A program made the translations under genes and the position numbers. A stretch of 56,341 nucleotides of DNA from assembly GCA_002633005.1 (NCBI GenBank), contig NMRA01000107.1:479727-536067 (forward strand), in the 5' to 3' direction. This stretch comes from Phoronis australis. Its lineage: Eukaryota > Animalia > Phoronida. The notes below the pieces were generated by a model. The model searched no databases. It was not told the origin of the DNA and saw nothing but the letters and a program-made list of their open reading frames with translations. Shown one piece after another: positions 32,725 to 44,480 of this stretch (positions are counted from its first letter, which is position 1; each line of letters begins with the position of its first letter).

Positions 32725-35700
32725 ATTTTATACCATGCACTAGTCATGCGTTGTGTGTTTGAAGTTGTGTGCCTTTTACAATTGTGATGTTGATGTGTAG
32801 CATCTGTGTAGTTCACTGTGCATTGACCTATCTCAAGCTCTGCCCGACAGACAATAAGTTCTACCGGGCAATGTTCTGATTGGTCAGTTAAGCTGTCACT
32901 CAAAATCCTGGGGATAGGTCAATTGATGGGCGATTTGAAGTGGGAGTGTAGTTTGGAGTCAGAATATCATTTGAACTTTGAACCCTGTTAAACTGCACAC
33001 TATGTATGATCTAGAGTGTGTGTAAATTGAGAATTGATCACCATCCAAGTCTCGATATTTTGTGGGCAATTAAGTCATTACCTATGAAATGCGTAGTTTG
33101 CTTTTGTTACAAGGGCGCCATGAAATGCACGTAGCCATGATGACAGAACCACCAGATTAAAGTTCAATACAATAGTCTGACACTGACAAGTGGTGTTCAA
33201 CTGGGTCTGTTAGTCTGAACTTATGGTCCGCTGAAATCGCTCACAATCATCCGTACTAGACATTTATTTATTATTAACAGAATAATAGGAAAAGTACATC
33301 TGGTAATTTAAGGAACAAATAGGATGTATTAACATTCTGATAACTTCTTGAACATACATTGTGTTCACTGGATAGCGTTACTAGACCCTTGTGGTCAAAA
33401 CAGCCCTGGCAGAGGGAAGTGACAAGTTAATATGTAATACTCAAAGTCAAAAATTGTTGCCTGTCAGTGCCGTTGTATGCGTCTTTTATATAATAAAATG
33501 TATCTGCTGCTAAGTGAACTCTATTCTTATGTAGTTAGTGCAGGTGGTAATTGTAACCAAATTAGTGGCAGGCTGCAACGTAAACAACTCTGAACTTATG
33601 GTCACTCATGTTTTGCAATGGGGCTAATGTCCACTAATCGACTTTGGGGTTGCTATATATGGCTTGCATACCTTGTACAATGAAATTGAAATGGTCAAAT
33701 TTTGGAAGGGCACTTGGCCATTCGGGAGTGTTTTTGATTCATAGGTTCAGAATGTTCTTCATGGCAATGGGTATAAAGAAAATTTCAATGTCGATTTTGT
33801 CGAGTTGAATGTTCTAGTTTTGATTTTTGGTTTCTTGGTGGCTCATCAGGAGGAAATGTTTTTTAAGGTTGGACATACTAATGGTAGCTGGTGAATGGAA
33901 ACGTCAGATAACAATTGTCAGCAATTTATTCTAAATTTTACACGTCATCTCCTTGAGAAGAACAGCAGTTCATCCAGAATTCAATAAACAACTGAATATT
34001 AAAGTACTGGCCATCTGATTCATGAAGATACACAATTCAAAAATAAAATTCCACACATTGATACACACTATAAACAATTCTGTACTTTGTAAATACATAC
34101 AAGCACACATATATATCTAAGACCAACCAAAACAGCACTTTGTCTTCAATGACTTAACTTGCATATACATACATATATAAACACCCGAGTGAGTTCTGAA
34201 GCAAGCTAAGGTAATGAGAAAACTAGGGATTTGCGGAACTCGGCCAGACGCAGTAATTTAGTTGTGAGAGTGAGGGTGCAAAGAGAAAGACAACATTCAC
34301 TAGGTGGCGCTATACACACGTAAGTTCTATCAGCAGAAATGCATGCCTTCAGGTGATGTTCTCATCTTATCCTGCGAGTACCCATGTGTTGAAGAATGTT
34401 TTGGTATTCTCGGCTTATTCATAAATACCCCTACCCCCAGTGAATATCAAGTGGCTCATTGAACACTAGATTTGAAGACACATTACTGAAGAAATCCCAT
34501 TCAGATCTTTTTGCGTATTGCTGTTGGAGAGCATCAGGTGAAATTTGTATCGATGCACTCTGCATTTAAGAAATAAAAGAGCAACGGTGAATCTATGAAC
34601 GCTCGTGAATATCCTGACAGGCTTCTCCACACAATCCCATAGTTTTTACATATTAAAATACAATCAACAGAAAGACAAGCTTTACACAGCCAAGTGATTA
34701 TCAACTCCTTGTACAACAGTCCTCGACACTCAAACATCACAACAGTGCTCACCAATAACTAGTTCCAACAATGCAAGGAGCACATGCTTTTCCAGTCCCT
34801 AAACAACTGTGTAGTCAAACACACAGCACCCCGGTTAAAATCTGCAAACGTATTTATAAATCAAGTTTGCAACAGTGGCGCAAGGTTCAGAAAAAAAATC
34901 CATGAACCAAATCGGTACATGGTAAGCAATAAACCCGCATTCCATTACAAAAATCAACTTTTGTCATAACGAAATTGTTCTCAAATTGTCCCATAGTCAT
35001 ACTGGAAGCAACAGATTGTAATTGTTTGAGATTATGCCAAGCAAGTTGTCATGGCGTGACATTTTATGTGTCGAGCATAGTCTCAAGATATAACAAAGTG
35101 ACAGCTCTTTGCAACCCCAGAAATCACTTCTCATCAGAGTAAGGAACAAGCAGAGACCAATTCACAATGGTGAGGTCTAAACCGAAAGTTCGCTTCTTCG
35201 ATGAAACGTTGATTTATTACTAAAATAACTCAGCACGTTAACAAAACCTATGTAGGCTCATTTTAAGATGGAAACAGGCAGGGTGCTATGTGTGACTTAG
35301 CCAACTGAGTACTTCACCAATGGAATGTTTGCAATTCTCATAAACTTAAGTGTACCAACATACAGATCAATTATTAGTTAACATTTACAGGACAGGTGTA
35401 TTGACAGTGAAAAAAATAAATTCTATATTGTCACATCCCATACATAAACAAGTCTGCCCAGGTGAGTGGCAGTAGACATCTACAGGTGAATACTGTTATG
35501 GATTAAGCTATGCAAGTGGAACCAGGTGTCCCAAACAATAGTCACATCAAAACAAAGCATGTGTTCTCAGCATTTATGCCTTTGTTTTCTCTCACACATA
35601 CCTGTACAATAACCTGGATAACCCCAATACACTATCAACTCTACAAAAACAACTCTGCTTGAATAGCTGTTGCAACAAGGCAACAATTGTCAAGTAAGAG

Positions 35701-36783
35701 AACAATTCAAGCTTGAATAACATTACTTAGGCTCAGTACAGCTCAAGCCTCACAATACACTACAGCTGTGTGCATGGACAATTCCAGTTTTGCACAGGTC
35801 TTGATCCAGCAAGCTGGGTCGCATTCTGTAGACCGCAAGACATTATTTTGGGCTCGCACGCGAAAAATCTTTGCTTATGGAATGAAAACAGTGAGTTCCA
35901 CCACACAGTTTAACGCTCTGACATAGCCGCTAACCAACCAGTTTGCTGGCCACCATATTGCTGGGACAAGCTAGGAATATTCCAAGCACACTCGCTTTGC
36001 ACTCATGTGATTTTGCTCTCGTAAGAAACTATAGGTCTACGCAACGCTCTCTGAATGGCACTGGATATTGTTTAACAAGCTATGGTCTGAAGACTTGAAC
36101 AGGCCTACTCAGTCATATATAAACAACCTGACCACAAGGCATTAAAAACTCAAAGCCAATTACTGCACACTGATCAAATCCATGAGAGTTCAATAATAAT
36201 CAATAATAACCATGGCACTGAGTGAATGGCAATCAATACCAAAACCTGGCTAATGGTGACCTTACAATATGTCACAACGCCGTTACCAAAAGTGAAGACA
36301 TATTTCCATAGGTTGAATGAATTGGCAAAATTGCAACTTCTTTCTAGAGAGAGATTGAAACAGTGTCTTATTTGAGTCAACCCATTTTTGTCTACTCATT
36401 CTTAGTCACGTAAAATTGTTTTTCTTCACTGCCGAAAAATGTGACTCATTCTTCATCTTTCTCCAGTTTACTAGGCACTCTTGACATGTCGTAAAGAACA
36501 AAAATATTTTTCGTAACACATTTCAAAATTCCCAAACTATATTAAAAAGTACTCGCCACCAGTAACACTTCATCCAAATATTTGTCAAGATTGTCATTTC
36601 TCCATCTTTCAAATGTCGGTTAACTTGCTGCGCTTAACCATCCACCACAGCACTGTCTAACTAATTTAGGAATAGAACTGAAATTTCCTTATCTTTATTT
36701 TGTTGAAAAATAAAATTAATAGAATAAAATTTCACTACTCCACCACAGTGTGTGCTGTGTGAAGATTTGTCATAGATACTTAA

Positions 36784-37086
36784 CGCAGCATTAAACCAAA
36801 AACATTTTGATTTAGGGCCCTTATAGTTACAAAATGGTCTCCAATCACGCCACAGTCAAAATGGGCGTGACTTCTGGAGATGGACAGAACTGACAGCTCA
36901 TTATCCAATCAGATCTGAAGATGGACAGATCTGACAGCTCATTATCCAATCAGATCTGAAGAAAAAAATAATTATCGGTTCTTTCCAAGCCCAGAGATAA
37001 TTTCTGGCAGAGTAGAATAGAATTTGAGACCAATTTTATAATGTTAAGTGCCCCAAATCAAAACTTTTTTGACACAATGCACCAGC
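36784..37086. mobile_element. TTAA-flanked MITE with an internal 41-bp tandem duplication
   Basis: Inverted arms AAAAACATTTTGATTTAGGGCCCTTA..AAAATGGTCTC / GAGACCAATTTT..TAAGTGCCCCAAATCAAAACTTTTTT, with TTAA at both ends. Confidence 0.55.
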
Positions 37087-40000
37087 TTAATGGCGCCATA
37101 AGTAAGCACCGCTCCAATGTGAGTTACATGTCACTTGCTGGTTCCCACTGTTTGTAGTGAGAGGCTGGTTGATCTCCAGTTTTTGACATGAAAGACATCT
37201 AAGATAATATGGATTTTCACTCTACATTAAAAAAATAGCCAAACAATGTCTGTCTATAGAAATCCAAGTACAAAGCAAAGCAAAATATACAGCAAAGCAA
37301 GTTATCTTTTCAAAGCCTGTTAAGTTGTTAATAGGTGGGACATTGTTCAATACTAGGCCTTAACAAGACATAAGGTAAACAAAACAATCTCAAAGAATAA
37401 AACCATAAAACCAACAGAGGTGCAAACAGGTGTCTTGACAAAGTACATAGTACTGAGTTATGACCTCATCAAGCATTCTATCATGAGGTCAAATATCCAG
37501 TACCCAACCCACTCTTTCAGCAACCAAATATTAAGCAAAGGTGATAAGATGAATTGATTAGTCTGAGCTGGCCTAGTGATAACACATTGGTTGAAAAACA
37601 ACTCTCTGGGGATGGATTAGGGATGAAAGATGCTTATAAGCTTCCACATTTTGATTAGACTGGAAATTTTACAGGAACCTAGCTCATCACAGCTTCAAAC
37701 AGCAGTGATAGCACAACTTCCATGCGGTGAAATCTAACCAATTTCCGATACACCTAATTGCTAGAAATGCTCTTTGTCCATTTCTCAAAGGATTCAAACA
37801 CTGATAGGAATACCTGCAAATTTTTGAAAGCATTGTCTATATTCATTACAGATCATGAAAACCGTATAAAATAATGCTAGTTGTCAGTCATGAAAAAATT
37901 AAGAAATAAAGTATGTCATCAGCCATATTGTGTACCAAACTGATGAGATTTTACCACAAAAAACTGATAGCTTCAGCTCTTGAAATTTGCAAAAAGCCCA
38001 TGCATATAGTAAATATGACATCAATAATCATTAATGTTGCGAACTTGTATACAAAGACTTCACAGGTGAACGTGGTAATAATTCGCATTTCGTCAAAGAA
38101 ACTACATTTTGATTTAGACCACTTACGGTAAAAACCCTTCAATATGGGAAAAAATAATTGCTAAAATTGCCATATTTCTATTTTTCAGAGGCTTACCATA
38201 GTGTTGCAAATGCTCAAAATTTTTTCAAATGTCGTTTCCTATTAGCTACAGCATACAAACCATGCTGTAAGCAAAGTAAATTTTCCTGAAAAGTTATTTT
38301 TGTTGAGAAATTTGACAAAATGTAAATTTACCTATCTGCCATAGTGTGTCCCATGCACAGTGAATAAAATGACATGCCGCAACAAGTCAACTTGTGGACC
38401 TTGGTCTCACGCATTAACTAAATGTCAGAATCACACCTATTTTGACTAGGGAACAAATCGAGACTCATGTCATAATGGTAGGTAAGTGGCCTAAGTCAAA
38501 AATCAGTTTTCGTGAAGGAAGGTTGGTTTATAGACCCTTCAAATGATACACGTGTAAAAATCGATAATTGTCTTCGGATATAGTAAAAGCAACAAGTTTG
38601 TGTTTAATGTTTTGACAAATATTCGTGTCCTTCAACTTTCCGCATACAAGTATGGCAGAAAAAGAAACACTGTTTTTGTCAGGTCAACTGTTGATAGCAA
38701 CACCAGCACATGAGAGCCAATAATTTCATATTCTCCAAGCACATCCCTACTACAATCATTATCATTATACTTATCATTTTTACTATTTACAGTTTCGATA
38801 GGCAGTCAAGTCACATCGATTCCTTCAAATTTCTCTTAGTACAACGCGATGTGCCACATTTGAAATTTTGTAGTTGATATCAGCTGAAATTTATGTCAAA
38901 AGTAATTAAATTGATTAGAAAAACAATACAATGCCCAAGAGCACACATTATCAATGCCATGCATTAAAATAAACAAATTTTCAACAAGGTCTTTGCATGT
39001 AAACTTAAACTATTTTTACTGACCAATCATTACAGACTATAGGAATTTCAATGCCTACTGACCAATCATTACAGACTATAACTTAAGTATTTCAATGCCT
39101 ATATTCACAACATTTCTGTGGTGAATGAATGAACTGCACACTATCAATGCCATTTAAATGACTGAAAAAAAACAACAAAGTACAAAAAACTATGATAAAT
39201 CAAGTCAGCTTACATATCTTTGAACAGCAGTAAATTTTCAAATACCACAAATACAAGCCATTACAACACAATGGCCATTCTCTGTCTTTACAGTGCCAGT
39301 GGGCATAATTTTGGCATCAACAACAACCCTGACTTACAAGCAGCTATGTATGTAATTAGGAATTCACTGCCACTGTCTGTAAATGTCTTAAAGTTATGTT
39401 GCATCTTACTTTTAACCAAATATCTAGAAAAGTATAGAAATTAGCACTGTAAAAGTATGTATTGTCAGAAAGTAGAAAACCTTCAGACTTTTTTTACCTT
39501 CATACCAATTTGTCACATGATCGTGATTTTGTAAAATTTAGCAAAAAGAAAAAAGTCCAATAGCAAAACAATGACTTGCTTTACATATCAAAGATGTAAT
39601 CTGCAGTCCTGTGTTTGACAGCCCTCTGAGATATGATGTTTCAAAATTAGGCAAATTTGGACATTTTCTAGGGTCCTACATGACTTAAACGAGTAACTAT
39701 TAACTGAGCTCTTATTGTTATTGTGTACTGTTCTAAAGACCAACCATAATGCAATTATCCAACATTGAAGTCTTAATACGTCACTCTCAGGTCCGTGATG
39801 TCAGCAAATTTGTGTTTGTATATATACTGGTTCTGAAACGTGAATTCCCAGTTGAGATATACAATGTTATCAAGGAAGGTATAAAGATGATGATGAAATG
39901 TAAAAGCATGACAGATAGTTTAAGCAATGATAGATATCTTTAAAGGTAAGTGGCTCTTAGTGTTCAAACAAGTTGACCTTGGGTCCAGATTTAAAGAGCT

Positions 40001-40198
40001 TACTCACCCACACATACAGAAGACATGTCCAGGGTCATTATCTACTTAACCAACATAAGTTCATAACAGCACATCATAAAAAACCCAAACCACAAAAAGG
40101 TAAAAACATATCTAAAAATACTGACAATGCCAAATTTAGTGATTATCTCCCCTTTAACAACGACGCATGGACAGACAAGTACAAACCGCTCTGTATCA

Positions 40199-42370
40199 TC
40201 AGTCCATCTGCTTTAAACTCAATATCAAATTACTGAGCTTACTGTCCACTTCTTCACCTGTGGCCTTCTTCATATCCATCACCAACTCTGGGTCAAGCAT
40301 GCCCATCAGTTGCACTACACCCTTGCGTAAGTTTGCCATTGTCTGGGCACACTCCTCCTCCTTCCTCATCATTGCCTCCCGCATGCACTTCAGTTCAGTT
40401 TCCAGAACAAATGTACGGTTTTTAAGGGTCATGACTGATGACTGTTCATCTTCACTCATCATGTCCCGGTGAAGTGGGGATGTTTGACAGTAGACAGACC
40501 TTGTTACAGTCTCCCTGTTCTCATGAGTTAAACCACAGGGAATGCTGTTTATGATTGAACCTGTTGGGTTTGTTTCCTGGCTTGATGACATGCATTTTGG
40601 CGAAATATTCAAAGATGATAAAGGTTGTCTAACTGAAGGTTGGTTAAACCCATTAGCCAATGAAGTGGGACTTGGATGAGGGACTATTTGTTGGGTTACC
40701 ACACTATTAGATGAAACAGTAACATAGGCATAGTTGTGGGCAGTAGGATTAGTATTCTGCTTCAATACTGGCCGATTATTATTAACAAAGGGCATTTCTG
40801 CACGTAGGTGTTGGGATGGTACATTGGGGTTCACGACAGACGGTGGCGCAATCACCATGGTTTGGTAAGGCACAGGATACCTGACACCAGGTGGCAGGCT
40901 TCTGGAAGGGGACACCATTGGCCGTGGTGTACCGTAATTGGGAAACAGTGTTGCATAAGTGGCGCCTTGGGATGTTGGTGAGCAAGAAATCATGGCATTC
41001 TGAGGAGTGTTCCCTGGGGGCCTTCCAGCATTTGGAAACCTGGAATTGACAACCGTGTGATTGGACACAAAGTGACCAGGACTGACCATTCGAACAACAC
41101 CACCAGAGGTTGTGAAAGGATTAGTGTCAACTGGAACATGTGTGTATTGAGATGGCACTTGAGGTCGAACAGGAAGTAGATTTGGCTGTCGCTGCAGTGC
41201 ACTGTTGTGTACAGGTGGCTGGGTCATCATGGGCCGAACAACAAAGCCATTTTGTAAAGGAACTATAGACTGCTTAGGTGCAAAGCCAGGCGGTACTAAC
41301 TGTGGTACAGGACTGTGGTGGCCACTGGCACTTGGAGATTGTGTCGTTAATGACAAATCCAATGGGTTATTAACAAGTTTTGTCTTGCTGGATAGGTCCA
41401 ACGGAATGTCGTCAACAATACAAGAAACGCTGCTGGCAGTAGACGAAGATGTGATGCCATTGGTCACGCCATGACTTGGCGATGTTGGGTTACTGGACGC
41501 AGTCATAGTCGTAGGCCTACGCTGTGTGACAATTGGCATCTCAACAGCAGCAGGCATGATCACGTTTTTTGACTCTAACTCAACTGAATTGTTGGAGTCT
41601 GCAGGAGACAGGTCCGAGACTGACTCGGCTAGTGCTGCGGGTGGTCGACATCGCTTGTGCTGCTTCAGATAGACCTCCTTGGAGTAATGACGCCCACACG
41701 TCTCACAATAGTGCAATGTCTCTTCAGTATGTGCCTTGGCATGCTCCTGAAGACTGGCCACGGTCACGAAACCTTGAAAGCAGATGTCACAGACAAACTG
41801 TCCATCACCGGCATGTCGGTTCAGATGATCCTTAAGGTGAACCTTCTGTGTGAAACTGCGGAAGCAAATACCACAGACGAATGGTCGTTCACCAGTGTGG
41901 ATCTTCTTATGTTGGTTCAGGTTGCCGCGTGATGAGAAGCCCTTCTTGCAGAAGTGGCAGACATATGGTCGGTCTCCACTGTGAATCTTGGCATGCTCTT
42001 TCAGGTGACCTTTCTGTGCAAAGCTCTTGGAGCACACTTGGCATACAAACGGCTTCTCACCTGTGTGAGTCCGTTCATGGTGCACTAGACTCGTGCGCTG
42101 ACAAAAGCCCTTACTACAATGGCGACATTTATATGGCTTGTTCCCGGTGTGAACAGCCAGGTGGCGGTCTAGCAGCGACTTCCAGACAAATGCCATGTTG
42201 CACTTCTTACAAACGTATGGTCGATCACCAGAGTGGACTCGCATGTGCAGCTGCAATGTATAGCGATGGAGGAATTTGCGATTACACACAGTGCACACAA
42301 AACTCTTTGACCTTGCAGTGTCTGTGACCTTCGACTCTGATCCCTCCGCTTCACTGACTTGTTCACCCAT
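40199..42370 (-). CDS. C2H2 zinc-finger transcription factor (8 N-terminal fingers, 2 PLDLS motifs, P/S/N-rich disordered middle, C-terminal coiled coil)
   Basis: Intact 723-aa ORF with 7 C2H2 fingers plus 1 C2HC finger and TGEKP-type linkers. Kozak context ACTATGG with an in-frame TAA just upstream; splice acceptor tttccag 51 nt upstream. Confidence 0.95.
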   Translation of the reverse strand: MGEQVSEAEGSESKVTDTARSKSFVCTVCNRKFLHRYTLQLHMRVHSGDRPYVCKKCNMAFVWKSLLDRHLAVHTGNKPYKCRHCSKGFCQRTSLVHHERTHTGEKPFVCQVCSKSFAQKGHLKEHAKIHSGDRPYVCHFCKKGFSSRGNLNQHKKIHTGERPFVCGICFRSFTQKVHLKDHLNRHAGDGQFVCDICFQGFVTVASLQEHAKAHTEETLHYCETCGRHYSKEVYLKQHKRCRPPAALAESVSDLSPADSNNSVELESKNVIMPAAVEMPIVTQRRPTTMTASSNPTSPSHGVTNGITSSSTASSVSCIVDDIPLDLSSKTKLVNNPLDLSLTTQSPSASGHHSPVPQLVPPGFAPKQSIVPLQNGFVVRPMMTQPPVHNSALQRQPNLLPVRPQVPSQYTHVPVDTNPFTTSGGVVRMVSPGHFVSNHTVVNSRFPNAGRPPGNTPQNAMISCSPTSQGATYATLFPNYGTPRPMVSPSRSLPPGVRYPVPYQTMVIAPPSVVNPNVPSQHLRAEMPFVNNNRPVLKQNTNPTAHNYAYVTVSSNSVVTQQIVPHPSPTSLANGFNQPSVRQPLSSLNISPKCMSSSQETNPTGSIINSIPCGLTHENRETVTRSVYCQTSPLHRDMMSEDEQSSVMTLKNRTFVLETELKCMREAMMRKEEECAQTMANLRKGVVQLMGMLDPELVMDMKKATGEEVDSKLSNLILSLKQMD

Positions 42371-42940
42371 AGTTTATGTGTGTGTTTCTTCATTACATGG
42401 ATTAAATTCTTGCGTGGCAAACTGGAAAGTGGAATTAAAGTATTTTACATCTCAGCAACCATAAGCAAAATTAACGACAGAAAATAACTGTGTGTGATGT
42501 ACATTATCTTCTTGACACTAAGGAACATATCTACTCACAGGTAATACAGCACATCCAAGTCACAAACCTACATTAACTACAACTCTACTTAAGAAAAAAG
42601 TAAAAATGCAAGTAAAAGCTGGTACAGGTTATAATTACTGTAGTTAAAATTAACACAGTAAATGTGGCGGGCATTGGCTTTCTTTCAATCACAAATTACA
42701 TCATGGTTATCAAAAGCTTATTTTTGTAGGTTTGAAAAATATGCCGGTTCATTTCCCCATTTAGTATCATCCCACCATTTAGTGAAATCAAGGAATAATG
42801 ATTATAATTGTCAGCAATGGTAATACTAGACTTATTACTGGTGCTAACTGCATCAAGCAGGAATGTATTTTGAATGCAGAGTAGATTAAGGAAACACATA
42901 TTTCCTCAAGATATTTGAGCAAGTATGTACAACAGTCTCC

Positions 42941-43023
42941 TACACAAACCAGCTACTGTGTATAACAGACAATCCCTTACACAAACCGGTTACTATGTAT
43001 AACAGACAATCTCTTACACAAAC
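42941..43023. repeat. 37-bp tandem duplication
   Basis: TACACAAACC.G.TACT.TGTATAACAGACAATC.CT x2.2. Confidence 0.8.
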
Positions 43024-43437
43024 TAGTTTAAGTGGTGACATTGTGCAACAAGTGAATGAAAGGAACATTAGAGAAAAGCAGAAGCATTTTGTCAACCTTG
43101 CGTTCACTGAGGTCATCAAACTATAATTCATAATTAAGCCCGTCCAACGTTGATCATGATCAACAAAACCTCTTAATCACATTTGCTGGCTGTGAATATT
43201 TTGCATCTGTTTTATCATTTAATTTTAACACAATCCGACTCATCAGTATCATAAAGCACCAAGCATGTTATCAACAATCAAACTGGCACACATTGTCAGT
43301 GTTTCCTACTAGTTTTCCGACGATGTCGATGGCCACACTAACAGACCTTTTGAAAGACAGTACGAACCGAAGTGGAGTGATGTTCTACATCTCTTGGCGT
43401 CTCACTGCTATCCTGTTGCAGCACAGCGGGAACATAC

Positions 43438-43528
43438 CTCTGAGGTTTGTAAGACCTCATCATGGTTTTCATAAACCTTAGGCGAGGTTATGCAAAAGTA
43501 TGGCGATTTTGTACCACTTTTCTGAAAC
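43438..43528 (-). other. Candidate 5'UTR exon of the zinc-finger gene
   Basis: cttccag|...CAGAG|gtatgt. Predicted from splice signals only. Confidence 0.45.
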
Positions 43529-44098
43529 CTGGAAGTGGTCTATTGAAAAAATACTCGTGGGGTTTTATAAAAAGGGTGTAACTTGAACTGGAAGTGATCT
43601 ATTGAGAAAATATTTTTTGGGGTTTTACACAGGGTGTAACTTACAAACATTTACTTCCTAATTGAGGCTGAAATGCTGTTGACACAGGTCACAGTACCTG
43701 TCATCATGTGTCTTCTTATTACAGCAAAAATTGTTTCATTAAAAAATACTACTTTGGTTTAATTTCTTTCTATTTTTTTCCTTAATTGCAATTCAACTTT
43801 AATGCTAACATGAAGCACGCCACAAGTGCCAATGTACCCCCATTAAAACTATGTCTGCTTTTTTAACACATTAATCATGTATTTTGTCTCATGCCCCTAC
43901 TTGTCTTGAACTTATTAAAGCAGTCATTTACTTGAACACTTTCAGTGCTCAACGCTTAACTAAACGCCAAGTTGCTTTTGGTGACCTGGACTTCGAATTT
44001 TTCCCAGGTTTCCAAACACAACCTGCAGGTCACATCGGCAACCTGCAGGTTGCCAAATCGAGCACTGACTTTAGTCACGTATTTTGCCTCATACTTAC

Positions 44099-44174
44099 CT
44101 TTTACTCAATAAACGTATATGCCATGTTATTGCAAACACATCACAGGAAACTCAACACAATTAATCTGATTAAC
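44099..44174 (-). other. Candidate 5'UTR exon of the zinc-finger gene
   Basis: ctctacttgtag|...AAAAG|gtaagt, with a consensus donor. Confidence 0.45.
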
Positions 44175-44367
44175 CTACAAGTAGAGATATTCCTCTAGAC
44201 TATATACTTCGCTGTAGTCTGATTCAATGTATGTTTACGAAGCAGCTGTGTGGACCATTAACGAAATTTCTTAAGCCTTACTAGCAGAGCGTGAGTAACT
44301 TTTGATGAAACTAAACCAGTTCTTTTCACTATAAATAACATGAGGATAAGTTGAAGGTGAAACCTAC

Positions 44368-44480
44368 CAAGAGTTCCTGGGCACTTGGGTACTTAACAAT
44401 CTTTCAATATCTCCTGGTCTTGCACTGGCTCCATTACTTCAATGTTCCATGCTCATCAACAACCACACTTGTCACAGGAC
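44368..44480 (-). other. Candidate 5'UTR exon of the zinc-finger gene
   Basis: tgtttgtctgcag|...CTTG|gtaggt; stops in all three frames. Confidence 0.4.

Noticed and set aside
32181-32903. 240-aa and 192-aa ORFs on opposite strands
   Set aside because: By-products of a 54-bp (3n) tandem repeat, with no splice or domain support.
40167-42464. Plus-strand ORFs overlapping the zinc-finger gene
   Set aside because: Antisense shadows of a coding sequence.
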